Of a DNA stretch of 64,000 nt, positions 12,301 to 22,448 are shown piece after piece. The translations under genes were made by a program, and so were the position numbers. Source of the DNA: Neodothiora populina (taxonomy: Eukaryota); NCBI RefSeq assembly GCF_041146345.1, contig NW_027191415.1:868001-932000 (forward strand). Direction: 5' to 3'. Each line of letters starts with the position of its first letter. Position 1 is the first letter of the stretch. The notes beneath the pieces were generated by a model. That model ran no database searches. It saw nothing but the letters and a program-made list of their open reading frames with translations, and was not told the DNA's origin.

Positions 12301-12504
12301 GTGGAGGTCTTTGACGGCGGCGGCTTGGAGGTCGGAGATGTGAGGGTATGGCTTGGGGGCGTGGTGGCCATTCGACGAGTGGCCATTCGACGAGTGACCG
12401 TTGGCGGCATGATGGTTGGAGGTTGAGTCGGAGAGGGGCCGAAGACCAAATGCAGCCGACGAGGTGGCGGATGGCGGGGACGAGGGGTACGGAGGGCTCA
12501 TCAT
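9310..12504 (-). CDS. DOA4: Ubiquitin C-terminal hydrolase Doa4/Ubp4 (USP8 family): N-terminal helical domain, rhodanese domain, C19 peptidase; single exon
   Basis: 1064-aa ORF. Rhodanese-like ILLIDVRSRHEFDDGHI...LMGGIESW; Cys box TGLVNFGVTCYMNA; QQDAKEFL; His box HIGTTLTSGHY...FND...AYIVFY. Confidence 0.93.
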   Translation of the reverse strand: MMSPPYPSSPPSATSSAAFGLRPLSDSTSNHHAANGHSSNGHSSNGHHAPKPYPHISDLQAAAVKDLHADHSLNFLIGEARTSLNNADTLLAFRRPELAYRDYLRCFEILANIIPRHRDQPDLARKHGHQFQAYNDMLKRVSLKTDQYAKIKDIIVNDNKRNGTRPAASTVPTRRQSDATDTTPASSMGHRTSSSDASASHSLPSSGADALNERFARLRMLPPQGKRPDSPLSSYASSQSPRTSLDISNLPASLRPSGPRAMPNASGRPTVQTDLGSSMPKAPAPIYSPARNMQLTGDFHLPRTTARSIVGTGGRSNSAMSAASSHAPGNEGDDSADYFPRPTPERPPPGPPRRKSVHLPKEIRIGPEKLYDYLKMHSILLIDVRSRHEFDDGHIFAQSIVNIDPTSLRRDMSADDVQDSLVLCPDQEQSTFSQRHKFDLVVYYDQDTSSDRFLSRPSTERECKLRYLYDALYEFNQDKPLQRPPILLMGGIESWTDLVGDQALSRSSTATGPKSSAPLRRVPVGSHSSQLYVPKRRLREYNPLDAEEEQKWLERARVESVVVDQKPPLDEEDESQQVDSASPFYDNIEEFNRRFPDAGRLEQSQRLETSSSQAVPRPRIPSYPAPPPRSSFTPSPTVPPVPSRPPPAVSRMSYSGVSDRSLSQSAQNTGSSDLPAYVPPRYLPSNLRLPRTGLVNFGVTCYMNATIQALSATTPLSLFFLDDRFKQQIQRDNWKGSKGVLPELYANLVRSIWKGDVEAIRPTTLRSFCARLNSEWGIDRQQDAKEFLDFLVDCLHEDLNENWSRTPLKALTDQQEEVRESMPMSMVSKTEWSRYTHREHSYLTDLFAGQHASRLRCTTCHFTSTTYEAFYSISVEISRSGRTTLQECLKSYCAEEMLSGDEVWRCPRCKKEREATKQITITRAPQNLVVHFKRFAAGRGERAQKVRTPIEFPLRDLDLEPHMIPEPNKQERMAMSKQYSADQTKQDPSMTAPFLYDAYAVMRHIGTTLTSGHYTCLVKDRARKCWRQFNDTWVADFDPDRLPDRDRLQNEMAYIVFYQRKTDR

Positions 12505-13054
12505 TGCGGCAGAAGAGTGGAAGAGGGCGGCGTGGGTATGAACATGTCGTGATGGAACAGTGTGAATTGATTAGGTGTTTACAGATTGCTCGGTGGCGGC
12601 GGGGGGCGAGACTTGATGGCGAATGATGACAAGAAAATGGGATGCAGCGCGTTGCGGCGTGGGCGACGGAAGGGAAGCTTGCAGTGTGATGTAAGGTAAG
12701 GTATGGTATAGGAGTCAGAACAGAAGCCAGAGTCGGGCTGTGTCACAAGATGTGCTTGTTCAGCAGCGCTCAGGAAAACATGCAATCAAGCAATCAATGA
12801 TTTGGCAGAGAGGGAACTGCAGCTGTGCAAGAAGTGTGAGGCACCTCGGGCCAGACACTGTATACAGTAACTGTAGCCCACCCATCTTTCTGTTCTACTC
12901 TACTGTACCTTTTACCGGCAGCGGACGACTCAGTCTCAGACACTATCACCACTGTAAAATGCCCGGCTTGAACCCTGCCTGCCACTGTTCAGCCCTCGAA
13001 GTCGATGCCTTCCCTTCCCCAGTGACGTATGGCCGACCAGAGAATATGAGCTGT

Positions 13055-13081
13055 GCTGCTGCTGCTGCTGCTGCTGCTGCT
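13055..13081 (+). repeat. (GCT)9 microsatellite in the DOA4-VPS27 intergenic region
   Basis: Perfect trinucleotide run read directly from the sequence. Confidence 0.95.
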
Positions 13082-13627
13082 ACAGTAGTACGGTACTGAG
13101 TAGTACACAACTGTGACACACATTCCCTTGCGTTAGGGTTACCTTCGCCTATAGGTTAGAGAACCCCGGACTTTGAGTGAGGGGCCAGGCGAACCAGCCA
13201 CAGCACCTGTGCATAAACAAGGCGTAATAATATCGGATCGTATACCTAGCTAACCTACGATGTCTTATAAGGCACCATCACTGAGCCACTGTAAGGTATC
13301 CAGCTGCAGTATCAACACAGCTTCGTGCTTGCACATCCTACCCCATATCTTCGTGCTGTAAAGTACTACAACACAGCTACTTGTACAGCATCATCGTCAG
13401 CTCTACCTTGAGAAGCCAAAGCGGTCGGATGTCTGGCTGTGCTGTTCCATCTCCCACTCTTGTTGCTTCATTGCAATAGTCTGTCGCTGACCAATCCGAC
13501 CATTTTATCCCCAAGCTACAAGTCAAGGGAGGCAATCAACAAGCTGTCAACACTACTGCTCTCTCATTCATCAGCCACACAACGACATTGGCTCTGTCGC
13601 CTCACATCGTCGCCTTCCGCCGCCGCC

Positions 13628-13669
13628 ACCACCACCATCACCACCACCACCACCACCACCACCACCATC
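13628..13669 (+). repeat. Imperfect (ACC)n microsatellite immediately upstream of the VPS27 start codon
   Basis: ACC x3, ATC, ACC x9, ATC, directly before the ATG at 13670. Confidence 0.9.
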
Positions 13670-15841
13670 ATGTCTGGATGGTTCGGCGCCGGTAATTCTG
13701 CCCTGGACGAGCAGATAGACCGTGCCACATCTTCCAGCCTCGAAGACATCGCCTTGAACCTCGAAATCTCCGATGTCATCCGTTCAAAGACGGTGCAGCC
13801 CAAAGAGGCAATGCGCTCGCTCAAGCGCAGAATAGGCAACAAGAATCCCAATGTTCAGCTCGCTGCCTTGAATCTGACCGACACGTGCGTCAAGAACGGC
13901 GGTTCCCATTTCATGGCCGAGATTGCCTCAAGGGAGTTCCTCGACAATCTGACCTCGCTGCTCAACGTCCAAGGCCCCGCCGCGCTCAACGACGACGTCA
14001 AGCAGAAGCTCCTCGAACTCATCCAGTCCTGGGCCACTGCCGCAGAAGGTCGCAGCAATCTGGGATACATCACCGAGGTCTACAACCACCTGCAGCGGCA
14101 CGGCTTCCGCTTCCCTCCCAAGACAGACGTCGCCAGCAGCATGTTTGACTCGTCTGCCCCTCCCGAATGGCTCGACTCGGACGTCTGCATGCGTTGCCGA
14201 GAGCGCTTCACCTTCACCAACCGCAAACACCACTGTCGCAACTGCGGTAACGTCTTCTGCGGCACATGCTCCTCCAAGTCCATCCCCTTGCCTCACCTCG
14301 GCATCATCCAACCCGTGCGCGTCGACGACGGCTGCTATGCAAGACTCACCGAGAAGTCGCGTGGCGCCTCTGCCGCCTCCAAGCCCCTCGACTCGTTCAA
14401 TGCTCCGACGACCCTCTATCAGAACTCTTCTGCCATGCAGCCTCGCGATCCTCGCGTCGCCGATGACGCCTTTGATGCCGACCTGAAACGAGCCTTGGAG
14501 ATGAGCTTGGAAGAGAGCGGTGCTTCTGGTGCCGGCGCTGGCTACGTGCCGAGGGCACAATCCTCGCAGCAACCGCAGAAGCCTCGCTCGACGACGACCG
14601 CTCCCGCAGCTCCTGCAGCCGGTGCTAACTCCGCCAAAGCAGCTGCCGCAGATGACGAAGATGCCGACCTCATGGCAGCCATTGACGCTTCTCTCAAAGA
14701 CATGGAAGAGCAAAAGAAAAAACACGCCGCTTCCCTCAAACAGCGCTCTTCCACACCCAGCGCCAACCCCGCCAACTTTACACCAAAGCACGACTATGCA
14801 TTGACCCCCGTCGAGGCCGAGAACATCAACCTCTTTTCTACACTGGTCGATCGACTGCAACACCAACCCCCGGGCACCATCTTACGAGAACCTCAGCTGC
14901 AGGAGCTTTACGAGAGTATCGGAACCCTCAGACCGAAGCTGGCAAGGACGTACGGGGAGACGATGAGCAAGCACGACACCCTGCTCGATCTTCATTCCAA
15001 GCTCGCCACAGTTGTGCGTTACTACGATCGTATGCTAGAGGAGCGTCTTTCCAACACATACAATCAATCGCGCTATCACACTGCCAGGCCTGTCTCAAAC
15101 ATGTACCCGTCAATACCCACCGCGCCTCCTGCTGGTGCGAACATCGGTGCGGTGGAAAACTACTACAGTGCTACCGTCCCTTCAGTTGATCCATCTCATG
15201 CGAACAATGCGCCTTACCCAAGCTTCTCGCAACAGCAGCAACAACAACAGCAGCCGCCTCAACACTATTCACAGTTGCCTACCGATCCATACCAACCTGC
15301 ACACTCGCAATATCCGCCTCAAATGCACCAAGGAGCTGCCTCGACGCCGTATCCAAGCGAGCAACGTCCCGCACAGCCGCAGCGTCAATCCTCTCAGCAA
15401 TATCATGCATCACAGCCAAACCCCCAATACGCACCGTCGCATGCCTCACAGGGCTCGCAGACAGGTATGGCATCGCCACACCCTGATCCCGCGACAGCAT
15501 ATTACCTGGCCGATCAGAACCAGCAGCCCCTGCCACAACGAGTCAGTCCCGAGGTGAAGAACCAACCACTCCCTCAGCACCAGCACCAGCAGGACCCCAG
15601 TCAACAACAATACTCCCAACCTCCGCAAAGCTATCAGACATCACCGCCACAGCAGCAACAAGCACAGCAGCAACAACAACACTACCAAAATTTCCCCAAT
15701 GGCCCACCGCAACCGAACGCGCAGCAACAGTGGCCGCAAGCTCCCTCGGCGCCCGGAGGTTGGGGCAACGAGGCATTCCCGGCCGCCCCTCAGCACGTTC
15801 CCCAACAGCCTGTGGTCGAGGAGAGTCTTATCGAGCTATAG
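13670..15841 (+). CDS. VPS27: ESCRT-0 subunit Vps27 (VHS, FYVE, two UIMs, GAT, Gln/Pro-rich tail); single exon
   Basis: MSGWFG...[24 protein letters not shown] (VHS); [10 protein letters not shown]...RKHHCRNCG (FYVE); UIMs [12 protein letters not shown] and [13 protein letters not shown]-terminal clathrin-box-like SLIEL. Start placed at the first in-frame ATG (13670) rather than the track's GTG. Confidence 0.95.
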   Translation: MSGWFGAGNSALDEQIDRATSSSLEDIALNLEISDVIRSKTVQPKEAMRSLKRRIGNKNPNVQLAALNLTDTCVKNGGSHFMAEIASREFLDNLTSLLNVQGPAALNDDVKQKLLELIQSWATAAEGRSNLGYITEVYNHLQRHGFRFPPKTDVASSMFDSSAPPEWLDSDVCMRCRERFTFTNRKHHCRNCGNVFCGTCSSKSIPLPHLGIIQPVRVDDGCYARLTEKSRGASAASKPLDSFNAPTTLYQNSSAMQPRDPRVADDAFDADLKRALEMSLEESGASGAGAGYVPRAQSSQQPQKPRSTTTAPAAPAAGANSAKAAAADDEDADLMAAIDASLKDMEEQKKKHAASLKQRSSTPSANPANFTPKHDYALTPVEAENINLFSTLVDRLQHQPPGTILREPQLQELYESIGTLRPKLARTYGETMSKHDTLLDLHSKLATVVRYYDRMLEERLSNTYNQSRYHTARPVSNMYPSIPTAPPAGANIGAVENYYSATVPSVDPSHANNAPYPSFSQQQQQQQQPPQHYSQLPTDPYQPAHSQYPPQMHQGAASTPYPSEQRPAQPQRQSSQQYHASQPNPQYAPSHASQGSQTGMASPHPDPATAYYLADQNQQPLPQRVSPEVKNQPLPQHQHQQDPSQQQYSQPPQSYQTSPPQQQQAQQQQQHYQNFPNGPPQPNAQQQWPQAPSAPGGWGNEAFPAAPQHVPQQPVVEESLIEL

Positions 15842-17008
15842 AAGTCTTGTTCCGGATTCATTTCAGGAACTGCAGTGGCATTGTAAAGACACGGAGACAA
15901 AACAGACCAGAAGCAGCGAAGGGGCGAGTCTACTGTGTAATTCCAGCCTGGTGAAAGCGACAGAGAGAGACAGAAAGGGAAGAAGGACAAGAAAGAACAG
16001 GCCGAGACGTTTCAAAGGCCGAGTGTGAGAGAGAGGTAAAGCAGCATCAGTAGCGGCGATAGCCTGAACGTTCAGTACTAGACAGAGCCGATCCCTTTTA
16101 ATTCGATGATACCCACCCCAAAGCCCTCGTGTCTACTTTTGTCGTCTCTATCCTTTTCATGATTGGAGCATCTTACTCTTCGAATGGCGGTGGATTCATG
16201 GTGAGGCAATGATAATGCTGTACACTGCCACTTCCATTCTTGGCGCCATCTCGATATGCGGGCATGGCACGCAGTGTAGAACAAGCTCATATCCCAAGTC
16301 TCTATATTTTTCCTCCATAAATAACATATAAAGTAGACAGATGAGTAGGTAGGTAAGGTAGGTAGATTTGAGTGATATATACATCGCAGCCCAAGAAAGG
16401 CCAGACAAAAAATGGGCTTCAGACAAGAAGTAGAGTACCTAAGCAGTGGGAATGATTTCACTAACCACCCCGATTGAATGCTTTTTCTTTTTCCTTCACT
16501 CGATCGTTTCTTGTTTCTCGCTCCTGGTCTCTCTCCTTTTCTCTCCATCTTGTAAATGAACAAACTCACCCTCGAAAAGAGAGACAAAGACCTCCTCCTG
16601 ATAGATGATAGCATTGGAATCCCACACACAAAAACGCCACGCCAAACGAGAGTCGAGAAAATAAGAAAAAAATATAAAAACAATCCCGCTCTTGTTCTCC
16701 AGAAGAAGGGTATATATGAAACTGTTGGGGCTCTATGCACATCGAAATTGCCCGCTTTTTTTTCTCTCTTTTTACTGAACAAGAAAGGAGGAAACGACAA
16801 ATAGAAAAAAAGACAATATGGCTGATGGTTCCGAAACAAACGCCCTTCGCAGAAGAACAAGAAACAAAACAAGAAACCACAGATTTGTAGGAGCGATGGA
16901 CAGGGACATTTCTCTGCACGGTACACCGCCAAATCCCATGGCTGAAAATGTAAACAACAAAGATTATGTGCAGGCAGAAGCAGCGATAGTGGTTGAGAGC
17001 GAAGGGAC

Positions 17009-18958
17009 TCAGAAACCGGCGTCGGCCCATTCGTTGTATCGCGCCACTTTGGGGCCTTTCCACGTCTCGCCGTACACATTGACACGCTTGCCGGCAAGGA
17101 AGCCGTCATGGGCGCTCTGCATGACATCGAGCCAAGACGAGGGCTCCGGGTGCTTAAGCCATTGGTTATGGACATGGTATGTCCAGGCTCCACGGAAGAA
17201 GTTTTCCAGCGTGCGGTTGTTGGGCGGATACTTGTCTTCTTCGATTCGGTACTCCTTGACCACTCCGGACTTTTCGAGTGCCTCGGCTTCTTCGTCGCTG
17301 GTTGTGAAGCTCGCTAGAGGCTCCGCCATGGTCGAGACTATGACGCGGTCGGTTTTCTTTTCCTGTTTGCCTGGAATCGATTCGGCCTCGTTCACGGATA
17401 GTGCGTCGCGTTGTACGTGAGCAGCGCTGGCATGGGTGGACTCGGGATGCTCAGGGGCAATCGCAAGTGAAGCATTAAGTAACGGAAGCTCGGGTCCGTC
17501 GAAACTTTCCCATTCGTCCTTGACCGCTCCAGGCTTGCCCTTGAAGACGGCACTATAGTCTCGGATGCAAGGCACGGTGCAGCGACCCTCCCGATCCCAG
17601 TTGAATTCGGTCCAGATGGGGTCAAAGGCGGCAGTCTCAAGCATGAGGAACTCTTGGTCACGACCGTCTTTCCAAGCCATGCGACCTATCACACGAGGGT
17701 GGAAGTTCAATCCCATGCGTATACCACCACGAAGGAGATAGGAGGAAAGACTTGAGTTTGCAGTCAGGGACATGATTGCCGTGTTGTAGTCGCCAGGGTG
17801 TGAGTGAGCAGCCCATCTCTCGGCGAAGTCGTGGACTTTAGGAAGAAGCAGCGGCCGCATGTCACGAAGCATAAGCACATCCATGTCCATGTATACACCT
17901 CCGTGAAGGTGAAGAATGACAAAGCGTACCGCATCGGAAATAGCCTGGGGGAAAAAGGTCATCTGTTTGGGGGTGAGGGTGGCCCACTGCTGGCCACTGC
18001 GATCTTCAATGATGCCATCGGCTACGACAGTGTCGCCTTTTGAGTTTGGAGGCCCTGGGTTCTTGTAGTAACCGAATCCATCGGTGTTATCGAAGGCGCT
18101 GGGTAGAGGCATGCGGCTAGGGAAGCGCCAGGACATGAGCTTGATGTCTCCCCTTTCGACGAAGGGCAAAAAGCGAGCAAAGAGGGTATCATTGGCTAGC
18201 ATGTCTTCAACGGCGGTCGGTGAACGGTCGGCATCGAGCCATAGCCAAAGACGGCTGCAAGCCAAGTTTTGTGTGTACAGATAAGCCTTGATGAAGACCT
18301 CGACACGCCAGGTAGCAGGGCCGGACCAATAGACATGATAAGGAATAATGGGGCCGGGACAGGTGCCTAAGCTTGTCTCCGATACTGGTTCGGCGTGGTC
18401 AATCGAGGGGTATTTCTCCAGAGTGTTGCCATGGCCATCGGCGTTCTGATACTCGGCATGACGGGGGTCTTGCTCGCTCGCACGATGCTCGGGCTGTGGT
18501 AGAGTGTAGTAGCGATTTTCGTCGTTCGCGAGGAAGGCCAGGCAATCGAACACGTTGTGCATTTTCTCAATCCCTTCATACGAGCCTCTACACTCTTCGA
18601 CCAGCATAGGCAAGTTGGCTTCCGTATCGACGTGCGGACGGGGCCCGTAAAAGTCATCCTTGGGCAGCACAGCGCTGATGGGTCGATTGAAGACATTGGC
18701 GTAGGGGTTTATCGTAACCGTCTTGGTGGACGAGGAAGAGAGTTTGACCTTGAGACCCGACTTTGTCTGCTTGACCACCTCGGGCTCGACATGCTGAGGG
18801 GTGTTCAGAAAGGCGGGAACAGCGTCTTTGGCCTTTGCCCTTGCGGAGGGATCGTGAGCGAGTTTTATTGTGCTGAAGATGACTGCGTAGAGGGCGCCGG
18901 CCAGGAAGAGATTCCGCAAGAGCGAGCACAAGGCGCGTGCCCGTCCGCCATCTACCAT
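17009..18958 (-). CDS. Glycosyltransferase family 32-like (DXD sugar-binding) type II membrane protein
   Basis: 649-aa ORF with an N-terminal TM anchor (LFLAGALYAVIFSTI), YHVYWSGP, and SDAVRFVILHLHGGVYMDMD (the SD..R...GGxYxDxD signature of GT32). Confidence 0.8.
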   Translation of the reverse strand: MVDGGRARALCSLLRNLFLAGALYAVIFSTIKLAHDPSARAKAKDAVPAFLNTPQHVEPEVVKQTKSGLKVKLSSSSTKTVTINPYANVFNRPISAVLPKDDFYGPRPHVDTEANLPMLVEECRGSYEGIEKMHNVFDCLAFLANDENRYYTLPQPEHRASEQDPRHAEYQNADGHGNTLEKYPSIDHAEPVSETSLGTCPGPIIPYHVYWSGPATWRVEVFIKAYLYTQNLACSRLWLWLDADRSPTAVEDMLANDTLFARFLPFVERGDIKLMSWRFPSRMPLPSAFDNTDGFGYYKNPGPPNSKGDTVVADGIIEDRSGQQWATLTPKQMTFFPQAISDAVRFVILHLHGGVYMDMDVLMLRDMRPLLLPKVHDFAERWAAHSHPGDYNTAIMSLTANSSLSSYLLRGGIRMGLNFHPRVIGRMAWKDGRDQEFLMLETAAFDPIWTEFNWDREGRCTVPCIRDYSAVFKGKPGAVKDEWESFDGPELPLLNASLAIAPEHPESTHASAAHVQRDALSVNEAESIPGKQEKKTDRVIVSTMAEPLASFTTSDEEAEALEKSGVVKEYRIEEDKYPPNNRTLENFFRGAWTYHVHNQWLKHPEPSSWLDVMQSAHDGFLAGKRVNVYGETWKGPKVARYNEWADAGF

Positions 18959-20489
18959 GCTGGAAGTGAGAAAAGCGCCGTGATGGGCAGATGGAGGCCG
19001 CTAAGCGGTCTGAAGGAAGCGAAGATCCCGCCGGAGAGTTGGTTGTTGCTGTACAGGTAATATCACTTTCTCGACAGCCAATGCCTGTGGAAAGTTGACG
19101 GGTTTACCGGCAAATTCAAGACGGAGGTCTTGACAAGATAAAGGGAGTGTCGAACAGAGCCGCGGCGGTTGGAACGATGGGCCGGTGAGCGACAAATCAG
19201 CAACGGGGTTTAGCTGCACGCAGGCTTCACGAATGGGAAGAGAGCCGGATACACAATTCACGAGCAGCTCGGAGTAGTCCTGGACCTGAAGAGTGGGAAT
19301 TGTGCTGTGATATATCCAGTTGGTAGCCTTGGTCGTAGAAAGATAAGTATATCACGTGTACAGACCACGTGAATGCTTCTTAGCGACGGAGAATTCGTGA
19401 CATAGGATTAGGAGACGTTGAACGTATCGTGTAGCAAAAGTCAATTGCACGGAAGAGGGGTGGGTGAAGTGGTGGACATGTGGAGGTGGTTGGAAGGAGA
19501 GTGGACTCTGATATCAGAGTAGGACAAGGCAGGCAGCACAGCGAGAAACAATTGTTCGATCTAACATTTGGTGGATTCCCCGAGCGAGCGAGCACGAATA
19601 GACGAAGCTGACCGTGAATTCGAGGGAATTAGCCAAAGGATTCGGCCTTAGCCTCCGAGCTAATTGCATAGACCTTGCACTGTCCTGGCTGGTTTCCGAC
19701 CATGCACTTACGTGGCTATGTGCTTCCTGCGTACTATGCGCCCCGCTCTTGGCAGTCTAAGCAATTGTCGGTCCGGCCTCGTGCAGCGGTTCGAGGCTGG
19801 GCATTGTAGGGCGGGCAGGTAACTGTAGGGCGGGTAACTGTACCCTCTGCGTGCACCGATCTCTCACCAAAAGCAGAGGTAGAGATACAAGGTCAGGCTC
19901 AAACATGCCCTTTTACCCCGGGGCTTTGTTTTTTATACTACCGTACTCGGCTTTGTATAACTAAGGTACAGTACTGTAGGGTACAGAAGGCAATCTTGGA
20001 AGTTGGACATTCGCATGCGTCTGAGCTGCACTACTGTAAAGTACAATGCCTGTATGCATGCCGTATTCGCCCTTGTTCGTCGTTTTCGCGGGCCGCGTAC
20101 CTGTTCAACCTTGTCTGGTTCTCTGCTGTGGTCCTTTTTACTATGCACAGTACCTGCAGCACCTCCAATATCATGGCCTGAAATTCACTTCCCCAATAGT
20201 GTAGGTTCGCATTGAGGGGGGTTTAAAGTTCGAATCAAGGGCTGCCTGTCGTGTTTGAGGGGCCAAACTTCGGAGACACACTAGAGCCATACTGTATCTC
20301 AACAGCCCGTAGACAGTACGCCATTTCGTGTCTCGAACAGTGGTCTGTGCCTAAGACGAGGACTCTTGACCGAGATTGCAGTGTCATTCCGGCCGCCAGT
20401 AGTTCCCTCAAGCAGGCATAATACTAGTATCTCGATCCCGCGTCCACTGACTTTGTTCAAACGGACAAGTGCTAAGGCTGCTCGTGTCT

Positions 20490-21850
20490 ATGCTGACGCT
20501 GGCATGTCTCTGCCGGTCGAGTAAGAACCAGCGGTGGATCTTCAGCGCCGTACGCCGTCTACATCATAATAGACCACTTGACCTTCACAGACGATACTCC
20601 TCCTTCGCATCACAACGCGTTCACGATGTATTAGTGCCCTGCAGGAGCAACGGGTCCATTACCCTGAGGCATGTGCTGGAAGATAGATCACTCATCTTAA
20701 GCAGCTTCCAGGCTGACTTCTCTAAAGAATCCACGATCCCTTGGTAAGATCTGAATCAAGTTCGCCGATAATCATCTACCTGCCACCCGGGCCCGTATTA
20801 TTGGCTCGCGAACCAGCAATAGATGTGGCGTCCGCTCTGTGCACTGCCGCATCGGCCACTGTAGTACAGGTGAACTATCGTTTGTCAAATCTGCATCGAT
20901 TTCCTACTTGTATCCACGATGTCCTGCAGGCTTACGATTGGATACTGCAACATCTAACGCCAACTCGATTTGGTAATCGTCAGGGTAGAAGTACTCCCAA
21001 CCCAACACCAATAGCGGCATGTGGCGAGCTTGTCGGCGGTGGCCTGGCGACTATGCTTGCACTGACAGAATGTCGCATCTCAGGACCGCGTGTCTCTGCC
21101 TTGGCCGTGAACGAGCCCATAGTCGACTGGGTCTTTCCGTCAGAAGCTGAGCTTGAGGATGACACCGATGTCGAAATCACTCCGGTCAACCACAAGCGGA
21201 AGAGGACGCAGAAGCGAGAGCGATCCATACCTAGTTTCCAAGCTTTCGCGAGGAATGGTGTCCTCGATGCTGAATCGTTGCTTTCTGCGAGATCTGCTTA
21301 CTTCCGCAAGCCTGCAGACTACTTTGACCCTTTTGCATCGGCTGTGCTGTTTTTTAGAACAGCAGGTATGGACATACCGAGCGAACAAGTGAGCGCGCCT
21401 TTGGATGACCTGGCGGAGCTTGCAAAGTATGAACGCGAATCATTCTATAGGGAACAGATGATGTTGAGTGCTATAGGCATGTCCAGCCAAGAACATCTTG
21501 ACGGTGACAAAGAGCCATCCAGACGGTCGCGGAAGTCTTACAAGACTTGGCCAGGCGTGACAAGTGGTCTAGGACTACCCGAGACGCGAATCACTTTTGG
21601 AGATACGAGTCCGCTCGCTGATCAAGCTGTCGAGATGGCCATGCTTTTGCGGAGAAGTGTGGTGCTTTCAGACAGAAGAGAGGCCTCGACAGAGGAGGAG
21701 GCGGACAGGCACAAGGAGGAGACCCTGTGGCTAGCAGAGCAGAAGGCTCAGCTACAAGCTACCGAGGGCATTCGCTTATGGACTGCTGCGAAAGCACAAT
21801 CATCTGAGATAGGACGTGTCGCACAATGGCTACGGCAAGTTCTAGACTAA
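20490..21850 (+). CDS. Alpha/beta-hydrolase-fold protein with a probable mitochondrial presequence; exons 20490-20668 and 20728-21850 (GC-AG intron)
   Basis: Abhydrolase_3-like segments (IIIYLPPGP; VVQVNYRL...FPTCIHDVLQAYDWI; GELVGGGLA). Arg/Leu/Ser-rich N-terminus. The two ORFs join in frame through AG|gcatgt...gctgac...aag|A. Confidence 0.75.
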
Positions 21851-22448
21851 GGACAGTACCCAGCCTGGCCACATACTTACGATGTGCACACTACACTGTT
21901 CAGTAGTTCTCATTCTTCCTACGACTTTACATCTATATATTCTCATTCAGCCGGTCGTTGACGCCTGCACCGCCACAATTTGTTGCGCAAAATGGCTGCA
22001 GTCCGTTGCTTACCAAGACCCACATTCGGGGTAAACTCATATTGCGCTTCCTGCAAGTGCTGGGGTTTGCGGGAGATTCGTATGCACATCGAGTGAGCAA
22101 CCACGGCGCAGTCACAGAACAACATAAGCAGTGAAACATACGGGTTAAGACACTCAGAGCGTAGAAGCAAAAGAAATCAGGTACCATCTAGATCGGAAGC
22201 TCTCAGAGACATGAAACGATCCTCGTATCCCCCACAGTATTATCAGGCGTTGCCGGGCCAACATCATCCAGGCGTCGCATGTGAACATAATGTTAAGGGG
22301 ACCAATGATAGAGTAGAAGTGCATATGACGCCTGTGGCCTATTGGCGGTGTTCAAATGACGAACAGGAAAGTATTTGGCGGCAGGAAATCTGTACATTCC
22401 TGATTGTCATACCTCTCCCATAAAATTCGACAGCAGGAGGCCGTTGGA

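Noticed and set aside
13439..13669. 77-codon N-terminal extension of Vps27 from a GTG
   Set aside because: It runs through a C/A-rich leader and the ACC microsatellite. The family-typical N-terminus MSGWF begins at 13670.
13928..14866. 312-aa antisense ORF in VPS27 (likewise 56364-57146 in DPH2 and other nested ORFs)
   Set aside because: Shadow ORFs of GC-rich, codon-biased genes, with no protein motifs.
19805..19842. Overlapping short direct repeats TGTAGGGCGGG and GGTAACTGTA
   Set aside because: Too short, with no spacer regularity or element ends; most likely a local duplication.
20226..20240. B-box-like GTTCGAATC (a similar TTCGAACCC lies near 43148)
   Set aside because: No A box or cloverleaf; isolated short matches.
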